A stretch of 64,000 nt of DNA from an uncultured cyanobacterium (GCA_963749915.1 CAVVOP010000019.1:1-64000), one strand, 5' to 3'; positions 1 to 11,403 are shown, numbered from the stretch's first letter. Notes: generated by a model from the letters alone, not told the origin. Made by a program: numbers and translations.

Positions 1-167
1 TGATGCACCGCCCCACCAAAAAGCCTAGAAATAATCCTGTAAAGCCTTAACCTGTAATGGTTCAGACTGGGAGCGATCGAATTAGGCTTTTCCACCGTTG
101 CTTTAGCACCTGCGATCATGGTAATAATAGGTAACTTACCGTTCCCGAAGTCTGTACAAATACACTA

Positions 168-791
168 CTAAAATGAAGTAAAGCCTTCTACCGTGAGAGA
201 GAGGCGATCGAAGTCCCAGCCCAATTCACGGGTTGATCGGCGAATTCCTTCCTGTAGTTTTTCTAGGGAAGTGTGATCGGCACGACGTTGGAAATCTTGA
301 GCCAATACCACCGACATCACAGCTTGATAAGCCATCATATCAGCAATACGCTGTTTGTCGGCATCGTTCATCCCATCGAGTAAACCACTTGATAACAGAT
401 TTATTGACAACTGATCGGCGGCTCCGCGCATCTGTGCAACATTAGCTTGTCCTTCAGTGACTAACTCCTACTGTAAGATAAGAAAGGCAGTCATGTTGTG
501 TGCCAGATTGTTAGGATCATAACCATATTTGGCGATCATGCGACGGAATTCACCCACCACATCGGCTCTGGCAAACTCTGACTCCAATTCAGTACGATAT
601 TGCGGTGTCTGCTTGACAAAGATTTCTATTACCTGATCCCCCACCGGCTTTGTGATAGCCTTAGAAGTGCGGAACTTAAGCTTCTTTGATTCGAGATCTA
701 GGTAGTAGGTAATAGGTAATAAGCGCTCTTGTAAGAGTTCCTTTGTAGCCATTTTATTAACGCTTCCGACCTGAATAGCCGACTCCATCAA
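168..791 (-). pseudogene. DUF6683-like helical protein interrupted by an in-frame TAG at 468-470
   Basis: ORFs 468..791 and 168..431 are in the same frame and read ...AFLILQ*ELVTEGQANVAQMRGAADQ...; motif YGYDPNNLAHNMTAF resembles DUF6683 proteins (from memory). Confidence 0.55.
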
Positions 792-1078
792 GCCAGATAG
801 AACTAGGATTTTCGGGATCAGTAATCAGAATACGATTCTCCCGTGAACCATCATCGTAAGTGATGTACAGCATAAATCCTTCGATGCGATAGCTACCTCG
901 CTGATTCGGTGCTACGCTACTGGTAACAACGGATGAACCACCAAATCCCCCCGTTCCACCAGCACCGCCGCCTCGAATGTGCTCTGGCCATCGGATGAAA
1001 AGCGATAGTCTTGCCAAGCGGCGACTGATTGGCTACCTCCAATGGCAAGATTTCCCGTGCCAGAGAGTGAGCGAAATC
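757..1078 (-). pseudogene. 3' fragment of a Gly-rich hypothetical gene, frameshifted and 5'-truncated by an IS
   Basis: Reads RFRSLSGTGNLAIGGSQSVAAWQDYRFSSDGQ, shifts frame into GGGAGGTGGFGG...GSYRIEGFMLYITYDDG; cut at the IS end at 1079. Confidence 0.5.
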
Positions 1079-2378
1079 GGGAGCATCCCGTTTTTGCAAT
1101 TTTATTTATATTACTTATTGAGTAACAAGGTATTGTCTTATGTCAAAAAACTTGATACTTTCTTCAGACCGAGAGTAATAATTGAATTATCCACATTTAT
1201 TTTAAGCCTACCCACTAACTATGATTTCTACAATTAACATGACTCCTGAAGATCGATTAGAGTTGGATAACTCTTTGAGAAAAGCTAGTGAGATTCTTTA
1301 CCGTTATAGTAACGCTGACGATTGTGAGTCTTTTGCCCATTTGGAAAATCATGTACGTCATCAGATTTTAGAGTTTGTTAGTCCTCAACTCACCCTTTTT
1401 TTATCGAGAAGAAAACAAATTTACCACTATCAGGAAGAGTCAGAACTCTTAAAAGTTGTTTAGGAACTATTTCCATTAGTCAAAAACAAGCACAATATTT
1501 GGGAATAGAACCATCAACTCGTTTGAGTCCGTTGCTAGAACAATGTTGTCTTTTACTAAGTGCCAATGAGTCTTATCAAAATGCACAACAAGATTTGTCC
1601 ATATTAACAGGAATTAAAGTCGGTCATTCGACTTTCCACAGAAAAGTAAATCAGGTGGAGTTGCCATATGCACAAATGAAACAAGGATTATCAGAAATGG
1701 CAATAGATGGGGGAAAAGTACGATTGAGAAGTGAAGTCAAAGGAGAACCAAGCTATTGGCAAGACTACAAGACAGCAAGGTTACAAGGACTTTATTATGG
1801 AGCTTTTTTCCAATCAAATCTTTGTTTAAGCGATTGGATCAATAGTCAACCATTGACATCACCAATATATTGTTTGGGAGATGGACATGATGGAGTTTGG
1901 AACATATTTGAAGAGATTGGAGAGGGAGAAAATCGAGTCGAAATTTTGGATTGGTATCATCTGAGAGAAAATTTGTACAAAATAGAGGCACAAAAGTCCA
2001 TTTTGGAAAAATTGGAAGGACAGTTATGGGCAGGACAGGTATCAGAGGCAATTTCATTATTAGAAAGATTAGAACCAACAGGAGGGAAAAAAATGGTTAA
2101 ATATCTTCAAAAGCATCGGCATCGAGTCATCAATTACGAATATTATCAAAGAGAAAAAATTTGTTCCATCGGTAGTGGAGCAGTAGAATCAGGAGTAAAA
2201 CAAATCAGTCAAAGAATAAAACTAACAGGGGCACAGTGGAAAAAAGAGGATGTGAATAAAATATTGCAGTTGCGTTGTGCTTATCTAAATGGTAAATTTG
2301 CACTACTTGCTTAAGACTACTGATTATTTTAGTAGCATTGTATATGTTCTTCTATTTTTGCAAAAATGGGATGCTCCC
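1079..2378 (+). mobile_element. ISKra4-family insertion sequence, copy 1
   Basis: Terminal inverted repeats GGGAGCATCCC(G/A)TTTTTGCAA at 1079 and 2378; two-ORF transposase; no perfect TSD. Confidence 0.85.
1239..2314 (+). CDS. ISKra4-family transposase, two ORFs joined by a -1 frameshift at the T7 run 1396-1402
   Basis: Motifs DGGKVRLR, LGDGHDGVW, LDWYHL, IGSGAVESGVKQ; the -1 frame is open from the T7 run into ORF 1499..2314. Confidence 0.85.
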
Positions 2379-2390
2379 GCGGAATGTGGG
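2379..2390 (+). mobile_element. 12-bp remnant of an IS1634 right end
   Basis: GCGGAATGTGGG is identical to the IS1634-type ends at 13803-13814 and 63331-63342. Confidence 0.65.
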
Positions 2391-2443
2391 ATCAAAAACA
2401 CTCTCTAGTAATAGGGGGTGTTTTTTGGTTTTGTTTTAATCGG
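2391..2443 (+). terminator. Orphan copy of the psbA 3' terminator region
   Basis: Identical to 27366-27417 apart from one extra T; hairpin AAAAACACTCTC-TAGTAATA-GGGGGTGTTTTT. Confidence 0.8.
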
Positions 2444-2619
2444 TCGTGAAATAACAATCTCTGGGATTAGAGTATGAGGGAAAAAAGATCGTATTCTATT
2501 TATTTCTATGAAATGCCCTCTCTGTGGTCAGAGGTGTGAGTAGAATTAGTGGTAGAGTCTATCTTCGCATTCCTGCCTCCTGCCTTTTAACTTCTGCCTC
2601 CTGCCTTTTTTGATAAATT

Positions 2620-3431
2620 TCAGCCTTGCCCCTTAGTTCCTCTTTGTATCAACCATTGAGTCAACCCGGGAAACCAACTATAAATCGCTGCCATCATCGC
2701 CCCCGAACCCACAATAACTGATGGAGAAGGATGTTGCACCACTTCCCAGATTGCTTTGGCTACATCTTCCGGCTGACTCGCCAGAGGACTTTTGAGCATT
2801 TCTCTCATCTGTTGGCGCATAGCATCTTCTTGTTTCTCATTTCCCGAACGAAAAACTGCCCTTGACAAAAAATCACTATTCGTAACAGAAGGGTGCACTC
2901 CGCACACCTGAATCCCTTTTGGCTCTAATTCCAAACGCAGTGTCTCTGTCAACCCCGTGACAGCGTATTTGCTCGTACAGTAGGCCGTCATATTCGGTAA
3001 AGGCATTTTCCCGCCAAACGAACCAACATTGACGATAGTGCCCTGTTTGCGCTCTAAAAAATGGGGAGCAGGGCATGAATCGGATAAATATAGCCCCAGA
3101 GATTGACATTCAGAATCTGCTGCCAATCTTCTAAGGTTGTCTTTTCCATTGGCGCAGTCATGCAGATGCCAGCATTGTTAATCAGTAAGTCAATATGACC
3201 AAACTCAGTCAACGCCTTCTCAATCAGAATGTTGACTTGCTCTGAGTCAGTCACATCACAGGCAATAGGTAAGGCTTTCACCCCTAGAACCTCAATTTCT
3301 TGAGCGACTGAGTGCAAACGCTCGATAGTACGCGCTGCGAGGACAACATCATAGCCTTTGCAGGCAAACAGCTTAGCAGTCGAGCGACCAATACCTTGGG
3401 AGGAACCCGTAATTAATACCGTAGAAACCAT
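2620..3431 (-). pseudogene. SDR family oxidoreductase, frameshifted near 3060
   Basis: TGSSQGIG and NNAG in ORF 3054..3449; YCTSK catalytic motif in ORF 2620..3126; one base missing in LLPHFLER. Confidence 0.85.
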
Positions 3432-3652
3432 CTTGTCTATTTGTAACAAAAATATTAGAATTATTCACATAAGTTTACACAACTCTGAAGCACAATGACG
3501 ACATTCTTAATTTTCCTATGGCTAGCGGGATTGATAGTAGGGGGAGCGACCATACAGACCTTTACTCAAGAGCAACAGGGGGAATCTATTCCCATTCCGG
3601 TTCGGGTTTCTGAGAAAAATAACTTCATCTCGCCAAATTTACGTCGCTAAAA

Positions 3653-3850
3653 ATGACAGACAACTTAATTCAGTTTTTACAGCAGGATTTGGGAGTTTCA
3701 GTGGCGCAAATTGAATTAGCGCAGCGCCACATCCAAGAGACTCCCGACCAACTGCCGATGATTTTATGGCAGTACGGGTTGATTAGCTTAGGGCAGTTGG
3801 ACCAAATTTTTGATTGCCCTGAAACAGTAATGAGTGTTACTAATGGATAA
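3653..3850 (+). CDS. DUF2949-family small cyanobacterial protein
   Basis: Motif LPMILWQYGLISLGQLDQIFD. Confidence 0.8.
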   Translation: MTDNLIQFLQQDLGVSVAQIELAQRHIQETPDQLPMILWQYGLISLGQLDQIFDCPETVMSVTNG

Positions 3851-4549
3851 AAGGATTATTTCACTGCTGCCAAGTGCCACAGAAATTGTCGCGGCTCTGG
3901 GATTGATGGAGGCTTTAGTCGGGCGCTCCCATGAATGCGACTATCCCGGGGAAGTTGCCAAGTTGCCCATCTGTCTCAAATCATCTCCCTACAACCGAAT
4001 TTGCTCAAAGAGGTTTGGGCAGATATTGAACGAGTTGCCCGAGTATTAGATGTTCCTTGTGAACCGGTTTTACAGCAATTACAGGGAAGAGTGCGAAGGA
4101 TAGTCTCTCAAACAGAAACCTTGTCAGAAGATAACCGTCCGACTGTGGTGGCTTTGGAATGGACTGAACCTTTAATGGGAGCGGGAAATTGGATTCCAGA
4201 ATTAATAGAAATGTCCGGAGGCAAACCCTTATTGGGGAAGAAAGGGGAACATTCACCTTATCTAACCTGGGATACCTTATCTCAAGCTGACCCTGAAGTC
4301 ATTATTATCATGCCCTGTGGCTTTGATTTAGAGAGAACTCGTCAGGAATCCCAAGTGTTAACAAGACATCCTGACTGGAACAATTTAGAAGCAGTCAAGC
4401 AAGGAAAAGTCTTCATCACTGATGGGAATGCTTATTTTAACCGTCCGGGCCCTCGTTTAGTTGATTCTTTGGAAATCTTGGCTGAAATTCTCCATCCAGA
4501 TGGCTTTAATTTTGGCTATCAGGGAAAGGCTTGGCAACCTCTAGGATAA
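3843..4549 (+). pseudogene. Cobalamin/Fe-siderophore-type periplasmic binding protein with internal deletion and frameshift
   Basis: N-terminus RIISLLPSATEIV..GRSHECDYP joins out of frame to SLQPN..EWTEPLM..DGNAYFNRPGPRL; central part missing. Confidence 0.8.
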
Positions 4550-4637
4550 GAGACAATAGACCTCTCCATAAATTCTCATTTTTGTACGGTAGAATAAGCA
4601 TTTCAACCGCCTTTTTATTAAATGTGGTCGATGTCTA

Positions 4638-4929
4638 ATGACTAAAAGAGTAGGAATCATTGGGGCTGGTATTGCTGGCTTAACAATCGGAAATAAGTTA
4701 GCAAAAAAGGGATTTCAAGTAGAGATATTTGATAAAGGCCGTGCTGTCGGTGGTCGAACCTCCAGTAGGAAGACGGAATGGGGTTATCTCGACCATGGTG
4801 CTCAATACATCACCATTAGGAATTCCGAAGTTCAGGATTTTCTCAAAACTTATTTGCCTCAAGATTTGCTAGTTTCTTGGGAGGCTAATTTTGCTCGATT
4901 AGAGGATGAAAAAATTACCCCTGAAGAGT
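4638..4929 (+). pseudogene. Renalase-like NAD(P)/FAD oxidoreductase, N-terminal part only
   Basis: GAGIAGL, DKGRAVGGR and DHGAQY motifs; cut by the IS end at 4930. Confidence 0.85.
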
Positions 4930-5163
4930 CAATACCTTCGCCAAAATGAAGAAGGAAAATAAAACTTGATGTCAAGAGAGCTTTTGTAAGAAACTAGATT
5001 AAATCAAATATCAATTTCTACAAAAGCCCATGGCAAATATTTTAGCATTATTAACTTGTCTCACACTTCAAATAGATAGCATAAGTTTGAAGCAACTAGG
5101 TTGCATAATTCAGGGAATGTTCGCCATGACTGGTAGAGTCACCATGTTAGGTATCTCAAGATG

Positions 5164-6729
5164 GAATGGCGCTGACTTAAGCATTCACCGTTTGAAGAAT
5201 GTAGGTAGGCGATCGCTTACAATGGCTTGCGATCGCCGGCGGTGCAGCTTATCTGGCCGCCAACGCCGAATAATTGTCAAACTGGCTTCTTCAGAGGAAA
5301 ATAACCTTGGCTCAGAAGAAAAAAATACTACTACTCATGTTTCAGTGTGTTGAAATTCTCCGACGTAAACTCTTGGAACGGACGGGTAAACCTTTCGCCA
5401 ATATCCTCAATGAAAAAGTGATTGAAGCGGCAATTGTCCAGGCACAACTCAAATATCGCAACCGTCTGTTCACGCCAATTATAACGATTTGGGCGTTTAT
5501 CTATCAGGTGCTGGATCCAGATAAAAGCTTGGCCAATGCCGTTAAACAAATACGATCTTGCTTGGCAGTTGAAGGAGCAGAGGTTCCCTCCCTAAATACC
5601 GGTGGTTATGCTAAAGCCCGTAAGCGTTTGCCCGAGAAGATGCTGGAATGGTTGTTTGAGCATACAGGAGAAGCTCTAACGGCTGAAGCCGTGGCAGAGC
5701 AAAGGTGGCAGGGGCGTTGCGTCAAACTGCTAGATGGCTCAACTGTGGTTATGGCCGATACCGCAGCCAATCAAAAGGAATACCCTCAACACAAAAATCA
5801 ACAACCGGGGTGTGGGTTTCCCATCGCCAAGCTGGTGGTGATGTTTTCCTTAACGACCGCCGCTGCGATTGGGGTGAGAATTGCGGCCTTGAATACCTCG
5901 GAAATTACCTTAGCTCGCAGTTGGTACAGCACCTTGAAGCCTGAAGATGTGGCCTTAGCCGACCGAGCCTATGGCAGTTATGTGGACTTGGCCTTAGTCC
6001 AACAACAGGGAGCCGACGCGGTATTTCGGAAAAATCAGAGTCGTCACAGTGATTTTAGAAAGGCAAAGCGGCTGGGAAAAAACGACTATCTTGTGACCTG
6101 GACTCGTCCAAAGCGTTGTCCTAAAGCCATGGATAAGTCAGAATTTGAAGCCCTACCCCCAACTCTTCAAGTGCGAGAGGTACACTTCTGTGTTGAGCGG
6201 CCAGGATGGCGAACCAAATCCGTGACGGTGGTGACTACCTTGCTTGACCCGAAGGTCTATTCCAAAGCCAAACTGGCAGAACTCTATGGGCTGAGGTGGC
6301 AAGCGGAAATCAATCTGGATCATATCAAGACTACTTTGGGGATGGAGATGCTACGGGCACAATCTCCAGAAATGGTCCGCAAGGAAATTTATGTTCATCT
6401 GATGGCCTATAACTTGCTGCGCTATTTAATGTGGCAAGCTAGTTCTGAAAGTAGCCAAGCTCCCTTAAAACTATCGGTTCAGGGATGTAGGCAAAGCTTC
6501 AATCAGTTTCGTTCCCTATTGGCTGAGGCTGGTCGGGTACGCTTGCCCAGATTCTGTCAATCCCTGCTCAAGATGATTGCGGAAACAACAGTGCCACTGC
6601 GTCCTAACCGCTATGAGCCCAGAAAACGAAAACGACGTCCGAAGGCTTTTCCTCTGATGAACGAGCCTCGGGCAATTCTTAAACAAAAGCTAGCTGCGGC
6701 ATGATAACAACCTTAAGTCAGCGCCATTC
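5164..6729 (+). mobile_element. IS4-family insertion sequence, apparently intact
   Basis: Perfect 18-bp TIRs GAATGGCGCTGACTTAAG; 11-bp TSD ATCTCAAGATG at 5153-5163 and 6730-6740. Confidence 0.95.
5274..6704 (+). CDS. IS4-family transposase
   Basis: Motifs LLDGSTV, ADRAYG, YGLRWQAEINLDHIK; start codon uncertain. Confidence 0.9.
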   Translation: MSNWLLQRKITLAQKKKILLLMFQCVEILRRKLLERTGKPFANILNEKVIEAAIVQAQLKYRNRLFTPIITIWAFIYQVLDPDKSLANAVKQIRSCLAVEGAEVPSLNTGGYAKARKRLPEKMLEWLFEHTGEALTAEAVAEQRWQGRCVKLLDGSTVVMADTAANQKEYPQHKNQQPGCGFPIAKLVVMFSLTTAAAIGVRIAALNTSEITLARSWYSTLKPEDVALADRAYGSYVDLALVQQQGADAVFRKNQSRHSDFRKAKRLGKNDYLVTWTRPKRCPKAMDKSEFEALPPTLQVREVHFCVERPGWRTKSVTVVTTLLDPKVYSKAKLAELYGLRWQAEINLDHIKTTLGMEMLRAQSPEMVRKEIYVHLMAYNLLRYLMWQASSESSQAPLKLSVQGCRQSFNQFRSLLAEAGRVRLPRFCQSLLKMIAETTVPLRPNRYEPRKRKRRPKAFPLMNEPRAILKQKLAAA

Positions 6730-8020
6730 ATCTCAAGATGGACTGGAAAAGGAGGAAGCTACCGAACTATTCAACGGTTTTGTCATAGTCCAAAGAATTG
6801 GCCCAGTCTAATGTGGGTATTTTTTCATACCCATTGTTTTAACCCTGAAGAAAGTTATGCCATAGCAGGAGATGAAGTCGTGACAACTAAATCAGGGAAA
6901 CATACATACGGTGTTGATTGGTTCTTTTCCAGCTTAACAAACGCTCCTGTCAAGGGATTATCATTTTTTGCTCTCTCTTTAGTAGGGCTAGAAAAAAGGG
7001 AATCTTATCCGTTACGAATTGAACAAATAATTAAACCTCATGATGAAAGCAATGTTGATTCAACTTCACCCCCAACGGTGGAAAAAAGAAAACGAGGTCG
7101 TCCAAAAGGCTCAAAAAACAAAGATAAAAGTCAATATACACTATCGAGTGAGCTATTTCGTATCAAAGGAATGTTAGAAGCATTACTATCTATGATTGGT
7201 AATACTATTCCTCTAAAATATTTACTGCTCGATGGCAAGTTTGGGCATCATAATGCAGCACAAATGGCATTGCATATTGGACTACATTTAGTCAGTAAGT
7301 TACGTCATGATAGTGCTTTGTATTTACCTTACCAAGGAGAAAATACCAAATGTAAGTATGGTATAAAAGTTAATCCCCGTAAACTTTCTGGGACGTTTCT
7401 ACAGTTTAGTCGTACTCAAGGAGATTGGAATTTAGAATATTATCAATTACAGGTATTGCATAAAGAGTTTTCTGTGCCTATCAATGTGGTAATTATTTTG
7501 AAAACTAATCAGAAAACCCGTGAACAAGGTCATGTAATTTTATTTTCTACAGACTTAACTCTCACCGCTGAAAAACTGGTAGAACTATACTCATTAAGAT
7601 TTCAGATTGAGTTCAATTTTCGGGATGCCAAACAATTTTGGGGTTTAGAAGATTTTATGAATGTATCCGAAATCGCCGTCACAAATATGGCGAATTTAGC
7701 TTTTTTCATGGTTAATTTTTCCCAGAAAATATTGCAACGTTTTCGTCGTGATTGTGTGAATGATTTTAGTCTTTTAAATCTCAAAGCCTTTTATCGTGGC
7801 TTTAGATACGTTGATGAATTGATAAAATTGCTTCCCCAAAAACCAGAACTATTTTTGATGTCTCGGATTCTCAATCGAGTGGCAAATATTGGGGCAATTC
7901 ATCCTATTTCTCTTAGTAATATTTTCCCTGAGTAGCTCAAAAAACAAAAAAAATTAATTTCTGTGACAAAAAGAGTTGACACGGACAACTTTTTGTGATT
8001 TTTTTTTGGCGAAGGTATTG

Positions 8021-9370
8021 TAAACGGGTATTTCTTCGGCAGATTCCTGGTATAGGTTTTATACTTTTTCCCGTCAGCATCAGTAACAGAGGGAGTGGGG
8101 AGTGGGCAGTGGGCAGTGGTGTCTTTTTCAGATTCTTCGGTGTCAATATTTACCTTCGAGGCAACGGACAACGGGGAACTGGGGAGGTCTTCTTCTTCCT
8201 TTACCTCCCTTTTCCCTTCTTTTACTTGGGGTAATTGACGAATAATGATTTCTTCACTACTGCCTACTCCCTGTTGACTACTCCCTTCAAAAGATACTGA
8301 TTGTTCTGAATCTAAGGGTTTTAAGGCAGAAATACGGGCGAGGATTTCCTGTTGTGTTCTGGGGAAATGGTACAACCATGATCGAGACGATCTTTAATGT
8401 TCTGAACTTTAGCTAAATACTCTTCTTGGTACTGTTTCCAGCGAATAGACAGTTTAGCAGGGATCATTGCGGAAATAAGGCAGACATTCGCCTTCGACTC
8501 ATAAATATCACAATCTTGATATTTAACCACCCATTTCTTCGCTAACCACTCCTGAAAGGCAGAATCTAATTTGCCGTTAACATTCCGATGCCCCCTCTGG
8601 CAACCATTGCCAAATCGAATTACGAGTGATGAATGATGAATGATTAATATCCTGTTGTTCATGGTCTGTTTCTTGGTTTCTGACAACAGATGCTACCTTC
8701 CGGGACATTTTTCTCGACCTTGAGGTTAGGGGAATTGAAGGACAGGAGGCAGAAGGAGGGTTATGAGTACATTTGTCTTAGGTTCTTGGTTAAGAGAACT
8801 AATATACTGTTCTAGCTGATTATTTTCTTCTTTTTCTGCAATACTCCAATAATCTATGTGTGTGTCGCAGTCTGAAAGAGTATGAACAGTTTTATTAGTC
8901 TGAATAGTCTGAGAGAGATTAGAATCAAGTTCTGGCAATGGTTCTGGCGATCGATTTTGCCGGATCTGAGAATTTTTTGCCGGATCTGATAATTTATTCT
9001 CGGATCTGATAATTCAGTTTCAGGACTATTAATGGGGGCTGGTTCTGATAATGTTTGCCCAAATATTTGCAGGAATCGATCTCATTTTATCAATCAGCAG
9101 TTTGCCTGATTTGATCAAAATCAACCCTAATTTCTTGAGTTGAGCGACTGCTTTATAAATACTGCTCTCTGGTATATTCCAAGAAAGGGCGAATTCTTTG
9201 GGATTAACTTCTACTGGGCGGTCGCAAAATGGATTTTCATACCGCAGTGCCAAGTGAACAAAAGCAGTATTGTTGATGAGCTTGGCTTTTCGTAGAGCAA
9301 TTAACTCATCTTTTTGTAAAGGATAAAATTCTCCTTGTAGTTTGTTATTGCTTCTTTGAGGGGTGGGAAT
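8021..9370 (-). pseudogene. Fragmented plasmid/island replication-initiator-like HTH gene
   Basis: N-terminal QGEFYPLQKDELIALRKAKL..ALRYENPF..WNIPESSIYKAVAQLKKLGLI (winged-helix-like); split into several short ORFs; internal tandem repeats; both ends cut by mobile-element ends. Confidence 0.5.
8955..9053. repeat. 20-bp period iteron-like repeats
   Basis: CGGATCTGA(G/T)AAT at 8961, 8981 and 9001; degenerate copies near 9021 and 9041. Confidence 0.7.
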
Positions 9371-9488
9371 ATTAACTGTAGTTTAGACTAATTAAAGAAA
9401 AAACGTGAAGGAAATAGACATCAAGAAAAAATAGAGAGAAAATAAAAATTATCCTCAAAATCAACATTCTCTCTATGGAAAAATATGA

Positions 9489-10787
9489 GGGAGCATCCCA
9501 TTTTTGCAAAAATAGAAAAACATATACGATGCTACTAAAATAATCAGTAGTCTTAAGCAAGTAGTGCAAATTTACCATTCAGATAAGCACAACGCAACTG
9601 CAATATTTTATTCACATCCTCTTTTTTCCACTGTGCCCCTGTTAGTTTTATTCTTTGACTGATTTGTTTTACTCCTGATTCTACTGCTCCACTACCGATG
9701 GAACAAATTTTTTCTCTTTGACAATATTCGTAATTGATGACTCGGTACCGATGCTTTTGAAGATATTTAACCATTTTTTTTCCTCCTGTTGGTTCTAATC
9801 TTTCTAATAATGAAATTGCCTCTGATACCTGTCCTGCCCATAACTGTCCTTCTAATTTTTCCAAGATGGACTTTTGTGCCTCCATTTTGTACAGATTTTC
9901 TCTCAGATGATACCAATCCAAAATTTCCACTCGATTTTCTTCCTCTCCAATCTCTTCAAATATATTCCAAACTCCATCATGTCCATCTCCTAAACAATAT
10001 ATTGGTGATGTCAAAGGTTGACTGTTGATCCAATCACTTAAACAAAGATTTGATTGGAAAAAAGCTCCATAATAAAGTCCTTGTAACCTTGCTGTCTTGT
10101 AGTCTTGCCAATAGCTTGGTTCTCCTTTGACTTCACTTCTCAATCGTACTTTTCCCCCATCTACTGCTATTTCTGATAATCCTTGTTTCATTTCTGCATC
10201 TGGCAAATCCACCTGATTTACTTTTCTATGGAAAGTCGAATGACCGACTTTAATTCCTGTCAATATGGACAAATCTTGTTGTGCATTTTGATAAGACTCA
10301 TTGGCACTTAGTAAAAGACAACATTTTTCTAGCAACGGACTCAAACGAGTTGATGGTTCTATTCCCAAATATTGTGCTTGTTTTTGACTAATAGAAATAG
10401 TTCCTAAACAACTTTTAAGAGTTCTGACCCTTCCTGATAGTGGTAAATTTGTTTTCTTCTCGATAAAAAAAGGGTGAGTTGAGGACTAACAAACTCTAAA
10501 ATTTGATGACGTACATGATTTTCCAAATGGGCAAAAGACTCACAATCGTCAGCGTTACTATAACGGTAAAGAATCTCACTAGCTTTTCTCAAAGAGTTAT
10601 CCAACTCTAACCAATCTTCAGGAGTCATGTTAATTGTAGAAATCATAGTTAGTAAGTAGGTTTAAAATAAATGTGGATAATTCAATTATTACTCTCGGTC
10701 TGAAGAAAGTATCAAGTTTTTAAAATAAGACAATATTTTATGCTTCTGAAAGCAACACAAATAAAATTGCAAAAATGGGATGCTCCC
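9489..10787 (-). mobile_element. ISKra4-family insertion sequence, copy 2, inverted relative to copy 1
   Basis: Same TIRs; ORFs 10404..10646 and 9553..10368 nearly identical to copy 1; the 7-nt slippery run is conserved at 10465-10471. Confidence 0.85.
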
Positions 10788-10877
10788 GAAAAAACTAACT
10801 GGAATTGATAATTGATGCACTTCAATTGATTATCTGTAATTGATTTCTGTAATAAGGACAGTTTCCCCATCAATTTT

Positions 10878-11135
10878 TTACTCATAATGTGACCAAACAG
10901 AAACAACTCTAATTGTTTTAGTTTCATCATTAACTGAATACACTAAACGATGTTTAATATTAATTCGCCGTGAATAGTATCCTTTGAGATTACCAGAAAG
11001 TTTTTCATAAGGAGGCTGATACGGGTTGGACTTGAGAATTTCAAGCAATTCTCTTACATTGGAATCCAAATTAGCTGATTTCAACTTTTTGGCATCCTTA
11101 ACAGCAGTGCGACTAAATTCAATCTTCCATTCCAT
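10878..11135 (-). CDS. yoeB: Txe/YoeB family toxin
   Basis: YEKLSGNLKGYYSRRINIKHRLVY..WSHYE; overlaps the antitoxin stop. Confidence 0.9.
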   Translation of the reverse strand: MEWKIEFSRTAVKDAKKLKSANLDSNVRELLEILKSNPYQPPYEKLSGNLKGYYSRRINIKHRLVYSVNDETKTIRVVSVWSHYE

Positions 11136-11382
11136 TTAAGACCTTCAAAAATTCTTTTTCTGATACCCAATCGTCAGCCTGTTCAGCTTCTTTAATTGAT
11201 TCGACCAAACCTGGTATAGATTGCAAATAAAGTGTTTCTTGTAGACTTTCCCAATCCTCTTTGGATAATAAAACAGCATCCCCTTTTTTACTGGTAATCA
11301 TTCGTGGGAGATGGTCTTTATTGACTTCCTCTACTAAGCTAAATAAATTAGCTCTAGCCTTACTAGCACTGACAATTTCCAT
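11119..11382 (-). CDS. yefM: Phd/YefM family antitoxin
   Basis: ARANLFSLVEEV..AVLLSKEDWESLQETLYL. Confidence 0.9.
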   Translation of the reverse strand: MEIVSASKARANLFSLVEEVNKDHLPRMITSKKGDAVLLSKEDWESLQETLYLQSIPGLVESIKEAEQADDWVSEKEFLKVLNGMED

Positions 11383-11403
11383 TAATAAATAGCCCTCAAG
11401 TAT

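Larger units (their letters stand above)
4930..8020 (+). mobile_element. IS701/IS4-superfamily element, transposase (5030..7935) disrupted by a nested IS4
   Basis: 17-bp TIRs CAATACCTTCGCCAAAA at 4930-4946 and 8004-8020; removing the nested IS restores GISRW-TGKGGSYRTIQRF; DDE motif YSLRFQIEFNFRDAKQ. Confidence 0.85.

Noticed and set aside
1..160. Possible CRISPR leader at the window edge
   Set aside because: No repeat-spacer units or cas genes are in the window; it cannot be judged without the sequence to the left.
468..470. In-frame TAG as programmed readthrough or recoding
   Set aside because: It lies among other decayed genes; a TGG-to-TAG nonsense mutation is simpler, and no recoding machinery is visible.
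1071..2386. GCGAAATC / GCGGAATG as the TSD of ISKra4 copy 1
   Set aside because: Only 6/8 match and the right flank is an IS1634 end unrelated to the gene on the left.
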